Shown here in pieces: positions 32,335 through 43,186 of a stretch of 64,000 bases of DNA. A program made the position numbers and the translations under genes. The notes under the pieces were generated by a model. It had not been told where the DNA came from. It did not search any database and saw only the letters and a program-made list of their open reading frames with translations. Position 1 is the first letter of the stretch, and each line of letters begins with the position of its first letter. The DNA is from Saccharolobus solfataricus P2 (GTDB taxonomy: Archaea; Thermoproteota; Thermoprotei_A; Sulfolobales; Sulfolobaceae), in assembly GCF_000007005.1 (NCBI RefSeq), contig NC_002754.1; one strand, given 5' to 3'.

Positions 32335-32522
32335 TCTCTCATATTTTCACAAATAAAGTATTTCAACTCTTGATAAAAATAATGATGATCACCATAATCC
32401 CCAGACGGACACCGAAATATTAAGGTATAAGGTGCTTAAGGTAGATTTTCCTAAAGTACTGACTATACTTGAATTTGATCTATATTACTTACTCAATGGA
32501 GGTAGGCTATTAGATGTAATAC

Positions 32523-34848
32523 TTATAAGTGCAGTATTCCCACAAGCCCTCCCGCTACAATCATAGCAACGGTAAGGAAATACGCTAATAATCTGGTCTT
32601 AGTGTAGGCGTATTTACCCATGATCCTCTTATTGCTTATTAATATACCCACTAGTACTGCTGGTATTGCAATTACTACGGGTGATAGAGATAATAGGGTT
32701 AAGGCGAAGTTAATTATGGAAGAGTATTTGCCGAGCATTAGGGAAACTATTAATATGGCTGGTATTGACTCAATAATGTAAACCTTCACAGAGTTTTTGT
32801 AGTTGTTTTTCCCTAAAGCTTCTAGTAGCACTTTACGGTTTTCTCCTCCTCTTGAACAGTTTTTTGATCCCACCCGCCTCACGGTAAATACTTTTTATCA
32901 ATCTGGCCAACCTTTTGGCCCCGAGCATCAGACCCGTGGAGTACTTGAAGTATTGAACAACGAGGAGGGAGAGAGCCTTCAAGGCCACGAAGCCTGAGTT
33001 CCTAACCCAGGTCAAGAAGGACCCACCCTCGAGTCCCAAGGCCTTGAGCTCCCTGATCAAGACCTCTATGTCCCAACGGTTCTCCCAGGTCGTTATGATA
33101 TCTTCAGCCGTGTCGTTAAGGTCGGTGGAGAAGAAATACCTCCTCCCGTAACCCTTATAGTCATCTATAACAAGTAACTTTATGGGAGTCCCCAAGTACT
33201 CTACCAGGTACTCCCCTTGGGGGAACTCGCTAACGGGCACGGATCTGCCACCCTCGACGACTCGCGCGCTGGACTTGAGTTCCCCCACAGTATTCCCTTG
33301 GAGAGTCCTCGAGTTCACGTACCATGAGTCGAAGACCCTAGCTTTTACATTCAAACCTGAGAGGGAGGAGAGAAACTCCAAGAGGGCATCTATCTTGGTC
33401 TTGAACTTCACCTCCTCACCCCTACGCTTGAGCTCCTCTTCCACCTTTCGGGGTATGTAGGCAATTATGTGGATCACGTAGATCTGGTTGTTCACCAGAT
33501 CCTTGACGCCAATCACAAGGAGTTGGATCGCGGGTTCGAACCTCTTGTGCGCCCTACAGTAGAAGATCTGCGCCCCGTTTCTGGAGACCGGCATGGCCCT
33601 AGCGTAGAGCTTGTGGTCGTGGGTGTCGTCCACTATGAGAAGGACAGGATGATCCCCGACTAACTTCTTCACGACCTCGATTAGTTTGGCTTGAGCTGCC
33701 TTGTCCAAGTTATTCAGTACGGTCTCGTAGTCCATCTCGGCCTCTTGAGCTATCTCGGTAGCATTTCTTCCCACAACCGCCCCCAAGAGTAGCCTCTTGG
33801 CAACGTCCTTCCTCGTTCCAGTCATGGATAGTATGACCTCGTTAACTGCCTTTTCCAATGCCTTATAGTACTCCTCCCTCGTCAATTCTTTGGTCATACC
33901 AAAATTAAAGGTTCTAATTTTAAAAAGTTTTTATGGGCCTCTTGAACTGCCAGGATTTTCCGATAAATGCTATTCTAGTAGTCCCCACGCACTACTTAGA
34001 GATACAACTATTAGGGTTAAGAACCCAGCGCTTATTAACGTTATTCCAAATATGTAATGAACACTCCCTAAGTTATATAGTAATTGGGCCGGATCAATAG
34101 GATCTATATTACCGATCGATGTTCCTATCATTTCAGATAGTACTATTATCAGTTCAGTTATTATAGCCCCCAGTAATGTCTCTATGCCTATCCACGACGT
34201 CTTTTTAGAGTTATCAATACCTATCTTAGAATACTTAATTGCTGTAGCCGAACTTTGATAAACCAACATACAAGGTGGAGTTACCACAGCACCAACGTTT
34301 ACTGCGATGAAGAAAAGGAAATTCTTAGACGTAGAGAAGTAGAAGACGTCTTGTCCAGTAAAGCTCAGTTTAGGCCCAACCATAATTAAGGCTGATAATA
34401 ATAGAATTACGGAAATCACTACTAAATATTTTTCAGTTATTTCATAATTTTTAGTTAACACCACTAGAACGTGAAGGATGAAGAATACTATCAAGCCGAA
34501 TAGAGGATTGACACCAATTAAGTAACACCCAATTGCAATTCCCGCATACTCACTTAGATATGTAAAGAAATCAACTAAGAATATGGGGAAAATAGATAAA
34601 ATGGATATTCTGGTAGAGTAATGTTCTCTGATAAGCTCTCCAATACCCTTCCCAGCTATGGCACCCAATCTCCCTGAAGCCTCTTGTATTATGAAGATAG
34701 GAAGAGATAATAACATCACGAACCATATTAGCTTATACCCATATTCTTCTCCAGTTGATAACCCTCCTAATATACTCGCAGCATCGGCATCTGCCAATAG
34801 TGCTATCCAAGCTGGTCCGAAGAGTTTTGCAGAATCCCTTATGCTCAA
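32523..34848 (-). pseudogene. mntH: Nramp/MntH-family divalent metal transporter interrupted by ISC1217
   Basis: N-part (ADADAAS motif) ends ...WGLLE at 33973 and the C-part resumes ALGKNNYK... at 32819. Removing the IS and one TSD restores the frame. Confidence 0.88.
32826..33972 (-). mobile_element. ISC1217 insertion sequence (transposase 32833..33897)
   Basis: 1147 bp, imperfect 13-bp IR TAGCACTTTACGG / CCGATAAATGCTA, 6-bp TSD TTCTAG (32820-25 / 33973-78), DDE transposase, elevated GC. Confidence 0.93.
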
Positions 34849-35172
34849 TCTTAAAACACCTCGCTTAAGTAATTATAAATTCCTTTTTTAGGTAAAAAGC
34901 TATTATAATAAAGAGTAAGTGCAAATGTTGTATTCATTATGTAACCACTATTATACTCTAATAAGCTCTAACTTATAAAGATTTCTATTTCAGAATAACT
35001 ATTAAATAGTATAAACTTCACATTATCTTAGTTAGGTTTTCTGTAATCTTAAAAGATAGACCTTTGTTTGCCTTATCATTAGTTTGAAACTACTTTTAAC
35101 TATAAGTTAAAATGACTCTTAAATAGAAGGATTTATTAACTAGAAATGAGTATTGACTATTAGGGTGTATGA

Positions 35173-35739
35173 ATGCAAGAGAAACCCCAAGAACCAAAGG
35201 TAGTCGGAGTAGAAATCTTGGAAAAATCTGGGTTAGATATCAAAAAGTTAGTAGATAAACTAGTTAAAGCAACAGCTGCAGAGTTCACCACATATTACTA
35301 CTATACCATATTGAGAATGCACCTAACTGGTATGGAAGGAGAGGGTCTTAAGGAAATAGCTGAGGACGCTAGGCTTGAGGATAGACTTCACTTCGAACTA
35401 ATGACTCAAAGGATTTATGAACTGGGAGGAGGTCTACCTAGAGACATAAGGCAGCTTGCTGATATTTCAGCTTGCTCCGATGCGTATTTACCAGAGAATT
35501 GGAAAGACCCTAAGGAGATATTAAAGGTTTTGTTAGAAGCTGAGCAATGCGCGATAAGAACTTGGAAAGAAGTATGTGATATGACGTATGGAAAAGATCC
35601 TAGAACTTACGATTTAGCGCAGAGGATACTTCAAGAAGAGATAGAGCACGAAGCGTGGTTCTTAGAGTTACTATACGGAAGACCATCGGGTCATTTCAGA
35701 AGAAGTTCACCAGGGAACGCTCCATATTCCAAGAAATAA
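35173..35739 (+). CDS. dpsL: Dps-like (DPSL) ferritin-superfamily antioxidant protein
   Basis: [32 protein letters not shown] di-iron ligands and the Cys pair characteristic of DPSL. Confidence 0.93.
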
Positions 35740-35791
35740 TAAAAGGTAACTGTATTTTTTCCTATTTCTATTTTTAATTGGTGATTATTCA

Positions 35792-36118
35792 ATGCTAGTC
35801 AGAGTGTCTAGCTTATCAGACTTGGAAGAGAAGAAACCAAGAAAATTCTCCATCAACGGCATAGAAGTAGTCATAGTTAGGGTTGGTGATAAAGTGTTTG
35901 CTATAGAAGCATATTGTCCTCATAAGGGAAGGAATCTGGAATATGGAGAGGTAGAGGGATATAAAATAAGGTGCGATTTACACGGATATGAATATAGTCT
36001 TGAAAACGGTGAGTTGATATTTAATCCTTATGGTAAAACGTCAGGGTGGTACTTCTCACCTAACTTAAGGATTTACAAAGTGGAGATAAAGGGCAAAGAT
36101 ATTTTTATACAAATTTAA
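35792..36118 (+). CDS. Rieske [2Fe-2S] ferredoxin
   Basis: CPH-x16-CDLH. Confidence 0.92.
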   Translation: MLVRVSSLSDLEEKKPRKFSINGIEVVIVRVGDKVFAIEAYCPHKGRNLEYGEVEGYKIRCDLHGYEYSLENGELIFNPYGKTSGWYFSPNLRIYKVEIKGKDIFIQI

Positions 36119-36651
36119 ATTTCAAATTCTATTGATCTAGCGTCTTGCACAATTAAACTGCAATAGGTTTCCTTCATTTCTTGCCTACATTCACCTCTAT
36201 TCTTGATCTCGGGTATTTCCTTTAACTCCCTTACTTTCTTGGAAATCTTATTGTAATCGTCTTGTGGGATTATTGAAGTTATTATTTTGACCCCCTTATT
36301 TTTAGCTGCTAAAGCGGCAGCAACACTCATACTCTTCCTCCCTCCGGTTATATCTAAATAGTCCCCCTCACCTAACTGTTTTTCAACGAATTCCCTAACT
36401 TTCCTTAAGTCATCTTCACTGTAAATATCTTCAATATCAAGTGGATGCTCACTAATTTCTACCTTAGGGAATTTCTCTTGAATACAACATACAAACATTA
36501 ATCTTACTATTCTCCATGCCTTCTTTACTTCTGCATTAGATGTAGTCACTACTCTTACTTCATCGATGTTTTCTCCCTTTTTTACTAGGTAAAGAAAAGA
36601 TTCTATTACTCCACCCGGGGATGTACCTAATGTAGCTACTAGTTTAACCAT
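36115..36651 (-). CDS. crn1: CARF-domain cyclic tetra-adenylate ring nuclease (Sso2081/Crn1 family)
   Basis: ATLGTSPGG and LDITGGRKSMS CARF motifs, no effector domain. Sequence recognised as Sso2081-like. Confidence 0.9.
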   Translation of the reverse strand: MVKLVATLGTSPGGVIESFLYLVKKGENIDEVRVVTTSNAEVKKAWRIVRLMFVCCIQEKFPKVEISEHPLDIEDIYSEDDLRKVREFVEKQLGEGDYLDITGGRKSMSVAAALAAKNKGVKIITSIIPQDDYNKISKKVRELKEIPEIKNRGECRQEMKETYCSLIVQDARSIEFEI

Positions 36652-36686
36652 GTTATGGATAAAAAGTTCAAGTTAGTATTTATTTT

Positions 36687-37190
36687 TTATTGTCTTTTGC
36701 CTCTACCTCTGAGGAATAGTACTAAACCAACTAATAGCACAATTACACCGATAATAGCTAGAAAGAAACCAAGGCCAGTATATAACGCAACGTTTATCAA
36801 TGAGGACGCAAACTCTTGGCTCAAGACGTATTTCACTGAAATGGGAGTAGTGAGATTGTTTACCATTATAGCGTCATATTTAGGACTTAATAACGCTAAT
36901 ATATATCCTTTTTCTGCAATTTGTGGAACTGACTGGTTCGTCCCATTTACTTCCTGTAATATCTTTAACACTTGTCCAGAACTGGTATTGTAAAGTAATA
37001 TTGATAGTTTGCTGGGAACTCCTAAGTCCTGCGATGACCCAGGCTGTAAAGTAGTTGGAGATGCTGTACTTAGTGTGTTAACTATTTTAATGAGTCCAGA
37101 GGAGGCTAAATACCCTCCTATAAAGAATAGTGCAATACCAACTATTAATATTATTGCCCCTACTATTAGAACTGTTTTACCTATAGCCAT
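36687..37190 (-). CDS. Two-TM membrane protein of unknown function
   Basis: Hydrophobic helices at both termini flanking a soluble loop. Confidence 0.7.
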   Translation of the reverse strand: MAIGKTVLIVGAIILIVGIALFFIGGYLASSGLIKIVNTLSTASPTTLQPGSSQDLGVPSKLSILLYNTSSGQVLKILQEVNGTNQSVPQIAEKGYILALLSPKYDAIMVNNLTTPISVKYVLSQEFASSLINVALYTGLGFFLAIIGVIVLLVGLVLFLRGRGKRQ

Positions 37191-37232
37191 AATTTAATAA
37201 AGTTTAAAGGAAATATTAAGTCTTTTCAAAAG

Positions 37233-38162
37233 TTATATTACGTCTAACGGATTAGTGGACACGAACTCAATATTTTTTATAACATACTTGCTGACATTTA
37301 CGCTCCCGAAGCTCTTCAACTCCTTATGAACTTCGAATGTGACTATCGAAGGATCACCCAATTGATATAAACTACCAGGGTTTATTGCGATAGTCTCGCC
37401 TACCTTATCCATTGATGTACTTTCGTGAACGTGACCATGAAGTGAAATAATAGGTTGAAATTCAGTAATTAAATCAAGTACTGCCTTTGAACCTACATGG
37501 GACTTCCTCAAACCGACCTTCGCATTATCCAATTTTGTGTTTAAAGGGGGCATGTGGAAGTTCATAATTAATCTTTCCTTATCAGCGTCCTTAAGTAACG
37601 ATTTACCTTTTATGTATAATTCAGAGTCTGGAATTTCTCTGTATGAATTACCTATTGGAGAACCAAAACCTAGTGAGACTATCTGAATTTCCTCTAGATT
37701 TATAACGTTTTCGTTAATCAGATTACTGCCATAATTCTTAAGAATGGAATCCAATTGCGGAATATCTCCATGTGCTGGGGACCAAAATACCTTTTCTAAA
37801 CGAAAAATTTCCTCAGCTATTTTAACCCATCTTGACATTTGCTCAGATGCTTTCTCAATAACTATTTTCTCCAGTTTACTCTTATCACTCTTTATATCCT
37901 CAATAACCTCTTTTTTGTCTACTACTATATATTTCCCAGACCTTAACGCATCTTCATTAAGGTTATTCAAATTAACCTTTTTACCGTTTAAAAAATATCT
38001 TCCTCCGATATCCTCTACAAAGAGTATTTCTTTAGCAATTAACCCCCCACTTATAATGAGAAAGTCGACTCTCTTCGATTTTGCAATATTTAGTGACCTC
38101 TTAAATGAATACTCCGAACCATGAAGATCGGTGAAGAATCCTAACTTAAATTTAAAGACCAT
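37233..38162 (-). CDS. Calcineurin-like metallophosphoesterase with degenerate motifs
   Basis: DLHG, HMPP and GHVHE present; GD motif appears as GGLIA and GNHD as AHGD. Native ATG at 38162. Confidence 0.8.
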   Translation of the reverse strand: MVFKFKLGFFTDLHGSEYSFKRSLNIAKSKRVDFLIISGGLIAKEILFVEDIGGRYFLNGKKVNLNNLNEDALRSGKYIVVDKKEVIEDIKSDKSKLEKIVIEKASEQMSRWVKIAEEIFRLEKVFWSPAHGDIPQLDSILKNYGSNLINENVINLEEIQIVSLGFGSPIGNSYREIPDSELYIKGKSLLKDADKERLIMNFHMPPLNTKLDNAKVGLRKSHVGSKAVLDLITEFQPIISLHGHVHESTSMDKVGETIAINPGSLYQLGDPSIVTFEVHKELKSFGSVNVSKYVIKNIEFVSTNPLDVI

Positions 38163-38166
38163 CCTA

Positions 38167-39605
38167 CAGTGGTGTTTCACCAAATTATTTCATTTGAAAG
38201 ATATAATATTAGTCCTTTCAAAAAGAGATTGATATAGAGAAAAACAATAAAATTATTATGAAACATAACATGTTAAGGTAATTTGCAAAAAATATAGCGT
38301 ACAATTCTAATAATAAGAGGAGAATTCTGAATTTTTCTCACGTGGTGAAAACGACGTGCATAGTCTCCTCTGAACACCGAGAAAGTTAGAGAAGCTTGAC
38401 GAATGAATCGAAGGACAAAACCTTCTTACACGTGGACTTGAAGTTAAAGAGAAGATGATTCACTAGATTCCACGCAGAATCCAGAACCGTGTAATAGAGG
38501 AACAAGAAGATCTTATTACTCAACTTCCTAACATACCTTATCCTTGCCTTCCTAACCTTGAAACCCTCCTCAACCTGCCACCTCAACCTATAGAGTTCAG
38601 CCAGTTCATAGGGATCTCCCTCGAAGTTCGTCACGAACATAAAGTGCCTCGGCTTTCCCTTAACGTAAACCACATCGTAATAATAAAGCCCTTCAAATTT
38701 CAAGACCCTATACGCAACGTAAACCTTGTCCTTAACCTCGTATCTCTTCTCAACTAATGGAACGTTAGATAGTTCCTTGAATCCCTTCAAGTTCGACTTC
38801 CCTCTCACAATGGTCTTCACGGGCATTTCCTTGATGACCCCTAGGTTCAAGAATCCGGCGTCAGCTACAACGTAATCTATTTCCATGTATTGGCTTACTT
38901 CCCTCACGCTCCTGAGTAGGAACTGTGATGGACTGTCGCTTCTCAAATCTGCTACCTCCACTAGGAGGGGTAACCTTAAGGGATATACGAGGTCCAAGGA
39001 TCTCATCTTTACTCCTTTTCTCTTCCAGTTGTAGAGTAGAAAGCCCTCTGCTTTTTCTTGTTCCTTTTCTCCCACGGTTAATCCGGTCTCATCTACAGCG
39101 ACTACGTTGATCTCTCCCTTTACTTCTCTGTAGATTGGGTAGAACTTGAAGGTTCTCTGACCTTTACTAATTACTTTCTCGCCTCGTCTTACTACCTTCA
39201 AGTAGTATTTTCCTCTGTTTCCGGTTAGCAAGGATGGTGCTGCTTTCACTATTTCCGGGTCTAGATCTTGAGAGATAACGTTAATATTGTTTGTTGCTAA
39301 AGTTATAGCGAGGGACTTCAGCTCCGTTTTGGATACTTGTATGGTTTGCATAACGGAGTTATGGAGTCCCTCGCTTTAACCTTTTCTTGTTCATCTCGTC
39401 CTTCCACCTACTTTCCTCTATTGATAATACTAGACAAATGGTATTACTCTTTATATATAAACTCGTTTTCTGTTAGTTTCTTCAACAAATATGAAAATTT
39501 TTTGCTTCTTGTGTTGAAATAAGCCGATTTTTCTAACTCCGCTCTGATATTTTTCTCTTCCATAGAAATTGTATCATTTTGAGTAAAATTGGTGAAACAC
39601 CACTG
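38167..39605 (-). mobile_element. ISC1439 insertion sequence (transposase 38386..39351)
   Basis: Exactly 1439 bp, IR CAGTGGTGTTTCACCAA, flanking direct repeat GACCATCCTA (38157-66 / 39606-15), DDE transposase (VDET, VADAG, RWQVEEGF). Confidence 0.95.
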
Positions 39606-39648
39606 GACCATCCTAACTTAAATTTGCAATTACAAATTAAAAAATTAA

Positions 39649-39750
39649 TTAGTCCCTTTTCTCCTTCTTTTCTAATACTTCTAGCAAGTGAACCCACGCC
39701 AAAAAACACGGATCCACTTGTTGCTTATTATTCTTCTTTTCCTCGCTCAC
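39649..39750 (-). CDS. Unannotated 33-aa small ORF (MSEEKKNNKQQVDPCFLAWVHLLEVLEKKEKRD)
   Basis: GTG overlaps the upstream TGA (GTGA) and is preceded by SD-like GGAGGGTG. Confidence 0.55.
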   Translation of the reverse strand: MSEEKKNNKQQVDPCFLAWVHLLEVLEKKEKRD

Positions 39751-40520
39751 TTTGACACCCTCCTTAGAAAGCTCTTTACTCTTTCCCAAGCATCTTCAGC
39801 TGCTTCCTTATTATACGAACGCCCTCTATCATTAAAGAACGCATGATACGCTCCGGGGTAAATTTTGAGTTCTAAATCCTTCTTATATTTTATTATAGCG
39901 GAAATTAGATCTGGTAACCCCGCATCTATTGGCGGGTCCTCTCCAGCATATAGACCTAATATTGGCCCCTTTATCTTCTGGATTGCCTCCAATGGTTGTG
40001 GATTTCTGCCGTAAAAGACTATTGTCCCATCTAGTGGTACTTCGGTCGCTAACTGAAATGCCAAACCCCCACCCATACAGAAGCCCATACTGACTATCTT
40101 TTTAACACCTTGTGAGCTTACGTACTCGTAAGCCTTAATAGCGTCCTTTATCATCTGTTCCTCCGTCTTTTGTCTATTTAAGACCAATAACTCAGCTACT
40201 TTTTTACCTTTTTCATCTAACGCTGACATTATTTGTTGATAAGAATTTGGATCATTCCTCTTCTCTGGTGGTATACTCCATACTTTCATCATTACATTTT
40301 GAATGTTCCCCTCGTTTAGAACATCCTCATTCCTAGTGTATAATTGAGGAGCTAGTGCCATATAGCCCTCATTTGCTAACCTTCTTGAAATATCTTTTAT
40401 ATTATCATTAAGACCCCATATTTCATGTATTACTATTACTGCCAATTTAGGATTTTCTGGGGTAGCTAGGAAAGCCCTTATTTTAGCTCCGTCTGAATCA
40501 TAAAATATCTCCTTTTCCAT
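39747..40520 (-). CDS. Dienelactone hydrolase (carboxymethylenebutenolidase)
   Basis: HEIWG, GFCMGG nucleophile, AGEDP, YHAF. Confidence 0.92.
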   Translation of the reverse strand: MEKEIFYDSDGAKIRAFLATPENPKLAVIVIHEIWGLNDNIKDISRRLANEGYMALAPQLYTRNEDVLNEGNIQNVMMKVWSIPPEKRNDPNSYQQIMSALDEKGKKVAELLVLNRQKTEEQMIKDAIKAYEYVSSQGVKKIVSMGFCMGGGLAFQLATEVPLDGTIVFYGRNPQPLEAIQKIKGPILGLYAGEDPPIDAGLPDLISAIIKYKKDLELKIYPGAYHAFFNDRGRSYNKEAAEDAWERVKSFLRRVSK

Positions 40521-40583
40521 ATTAACTTTTACTGGTGAATGGTTTAAAAGTTAACTATCTATTTTTGTTAGATAAAAAAATAA

Positions 40584-42404
40584 TTAACTTTCAATTAAGC
40601 CAGAATATAGCAACAAATCGTAAACCATTGCGTACGCATTATATGTTCCTGGACCTGTGACATAGTTCCATCCATAATGGGCTGGAAGTGGATTATTTCC
40701 ACTAGTTATTGGTATCCAGGCAACCTTACCGACAAAATTGCCTAGTGGAGATTCTATTATACCTTGATACGAAATGTGATACAATGCGAAGTTGAGTGCA
40801 CCTAATCTGGTACCAGCTAAGGCTACCATTGCAGCAGTCATTGGTGCAGCTCCACTGGTTCCATACCATACGAACAATTGACCTTGAAATACTAAAGGCA
40901 GACCGAAACCGAATTCTGGAATATTATAACCCCCAGCTGAGACGAATGCGATATCTGGATAAGTCCTTACAATAACGGGAGTAAATGGAATCAGTGAAGT
41001 TATTTCATAAATTTGTGCTGGATAAACAACACTATTACCTCCAGTACTATAATCCCACCCACTAATTTCCACAATACTACCATTAGACGACGCATTAAGA
41101 AATATCCCGCCAACTGACGTTACGTAGGGATCAGACTCAGGGTACCATATCGTATTATATGTTCCGATATGGAAATTAGGAGGCGGGTGATCACTCTCAT
41201 ATCCCCAGTCTCCAGAGGCTGCTAAGACAGAAATTCCTTGCGCTGCAGCTTGCAACATTATGTTATGAATCATGTCTAACATTGCTGGATAGTATGCTGC
41301 TAGAAAACTTTCTGGAACGGTTACAGAAATTGAAATGACGTTAGGATTTAAGTAGTTAACCATGTAATAATACTCATAATAATAGTTTAGTAAATTGCCC
41401 ACTAGCTGGGGACCGCCCACGTAACCGTTACTGAAGACTATTGTAACGTTAGCTGCTGGTGCGAAGGCACCAGACCATTCCGCATCAAGCTCATTCTCTC
41501 CTGATTGCCCTCCAGTTGTAACATTCCCGAAATATATAACGTTTAGATGACCAGTTCTAGGTATACCATAAAGTTGCCAAAAACTATAGATGTCTGATAC
41601 GTTTACAAAGGACTCAGGTACTCCCTCAATCGCAATATTACTACCTCCGCCAGTATAACCTCGCTCATAGGCTAAGGTAAAGTTAAAATATTGCTCTATT
41701 GTTATCGGTGAAATTATGGCTTTTGAAACCAGTCCGCTTTGGGCTTTAACCATAGGTAAATGCCATGTTTGTGTAACCACGTTAACTACCTTGGGATCTA
41801 GACTATCTATCCCAACTACTCCTAATACATATTTTCCAATATTAAATGGTAATGATGGAGTAACGTTATTTGAGTAGTAGTAAAATGGACCAATGTTCTT
41901 AATTCCTAGTAGACCAAACCAATAGAGGTTCTTGAATGGATAGTAGTAAACGTTAATGTAAGTGTTGAATGCTTTCTCTATATTCCCCACAGTTCCACTA
42001 AATACTAGTATTAAACCATAATTACCTAAAAATTGTAAGTTATAAGATTCCAGATACTTTATTAGTGAGTTTACATAGGACCTTGAAGGATAATAATATT
42101 CTCTAAACTGTGATGGAGTCAACCAGTGATGGAACTGTGGGGCAGAGAGGTAAATTTCGTTAAGGTATGATTGTAAAGAGGCTAAATTAGTGAAATTTAA
42201 GAGAACTGCTATGTATAAGGTTTGACTACTGTTGAGGGGTTCTACAAATACTGATCCGGGAATTATTGTGTATTGTGGAGAAGATGTTTGTATATAATAG
42301 TATTGTGCTTGACTTTGCGCTATAATTGTTAGGAAAGTTGTAGTGCTTAAAATCAACACTAGAAGTAACATTACCCTTTTTAATATTACATTCTTACTTT
42401 CCAT
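40584..42404 (-). CDS. Secreted sedolisin (S53 serine-carboxyl peptidase)
   Basis: Signal peptide and prodomain; ENELD (E-x3-D), ASGD, GTSGAAP, GWNYVTGPGT. Confidence 0.9.
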   Translation of the reverse strand: MESKNVILKRVMLLLVLILSTTTFLTIIAQSQAQYYYIQTSSPQYTIIPGSVFVEPLNSSQTLYIAVLLNFTNLASLQSYLNEIYLSAPQFHHWLTPSQFREYYYPSRSYVNSLIKYLESYNLQFLGNYGLILVFSGTVGNIEKAFNTYINVYYYPFKNLYWFGLLGIKNIGPFYYYSNNVTPSLPFNIGKYVLGVVGIDSLDPKVVNVVTQTWHLPMVKAQSGLVSKAIISPITIEQYFNFTLAYERGYTGGGSNIAIEGVPESFVNVSDIYSFWQLYGIPRTGHLNVIYFGNVTTGGQSGENELDAEWSGAFAPAANVTIVFSNGYVGGPQLVGNLLNYYYEYYYMVNYLNPNVISISVTVPESFLAAYYPAMLDMIHNIMLQAAAQGISVLAASGDWGYESDHPPPNFHIGTYNTIWYPESDPYVTSVGGIFLNASSNGSIVEISGWDYSTGGNSVVYPAQIYEITSLIPFTPVIVRTYPDIAFVSAGGYNIPEFGFGLPLVFQGQLFVWYGTSGAAPMTAAMVALAGTRLGALNFALYHISYQGIIESPLGNFVGKVAWIPITSGNNPLPAHYGWNYVTGPGTYNAYAMVYDLLLYSGLIES

Positions 42405-42459
42405 TTATGCTTTATATGCCATTTTTTAATATTAAACTTTACTCTCATTTCAATTACTG

Positions 42460-43080
42460 TTAATGAGTTGTATATACTGAGTCCCAGAAGGACTTCTCAT
42501 AATATTGAATAGTGTAAGCGATTCCCCTAAGCCTCTCAACTTGACTGTTCTCAACTAATCTGACTATTCTATCCTCTAACTCCTTATAAGAACCTCTGAA
42601 AGCTTCGAAGAAGCCCGTCTCCCTTATATTAAATTTCTCTTTTATCATATCTCCGAATCTAGTGACAACACTAGCCCATACTGGTAAATTCACAATCCCG
42701 GCAAATAGGAACTCGGAGGGCTTAGCATAACTAGCTAGCCAAGATAAATAATGAGTATAACTTACAGCCGGAGGTGATACGTTATACAGTAGTGGATCCT
42801 TTACCTCAATCCCTAGCTCGTTCATAAGCTTTACTATTTCCTTTAACGCATGGTAATCCCCATCCACTAGTATCTTAAATATATCAAGTTCTTCTAAATT
42901 AGTACTCCTTGATAGACCTATTGCCAGCGATCTTAAATCGTGATTGACAATATACCACTGATTTATAACAAAACTATGAACTACTTCCTTCTTCAACTCC
43001 TTCTCCTTTAATAAGGGGTGGTTGATTATTTGATCATTTAATCCTTCTAGCTCTTTTCTTATCTGTTCTAGTACGTTCAC
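42460..43080 (-). CDS. tenA: TenA/thiaminase II-like protein
   Basis: HPL...FVINQWY...D, YT.YL, YEKSFWD heme-oxygenase-fold pattern. Confidence 0.75.
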   Translation of the reverse strand: MNVLEQIRKELEGLNDQIINHPLLKEKELKKEVVHSFVINQWYIVNHDLRSLAIGLSRSTNLEELDIFKILVDGDYHALKEIVKLMNELGIEVKDPLLYNVSPPAVSYTHYLSWLASYAKPSEFLFAGIVNLPVWASVVTRFGDMIKEKFNIRETGFFEAFRGSYKELEDRIVRLVENSQVERLRGIAYTIQYYEKSFWDSVYTTH

Positions 43081-43186
43081 ATTTATAAATTACAAAGCTA
43101 GATTATAAATTATTTTATAACTTACTTATATCTATCTATGATAAATTGCTTCTTCATGATAACTAGATAAATTTTTATGTTAGTTA

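Noticed and set aside
32381-32420. ATGATGA resembling a C box of a C/D sRNA
   Set aside because: No properly spaced CTGA D/D' boxes.
32523-32882. ORF-track 119-aa protein starting inside ISC1217
   Set aside because: It is a chimera of the IS end and the orphaned Nramp C-terminus, not an independent gene.
40522-40554. 10-bp inverted repeat TTAACTTTTA-n13-TAAAAGTTAA upstream of dienelactone hydrolase
   Set aside because: It is almost entirely A/T and overlaps the TATA box, so chance occurrence is plausible.
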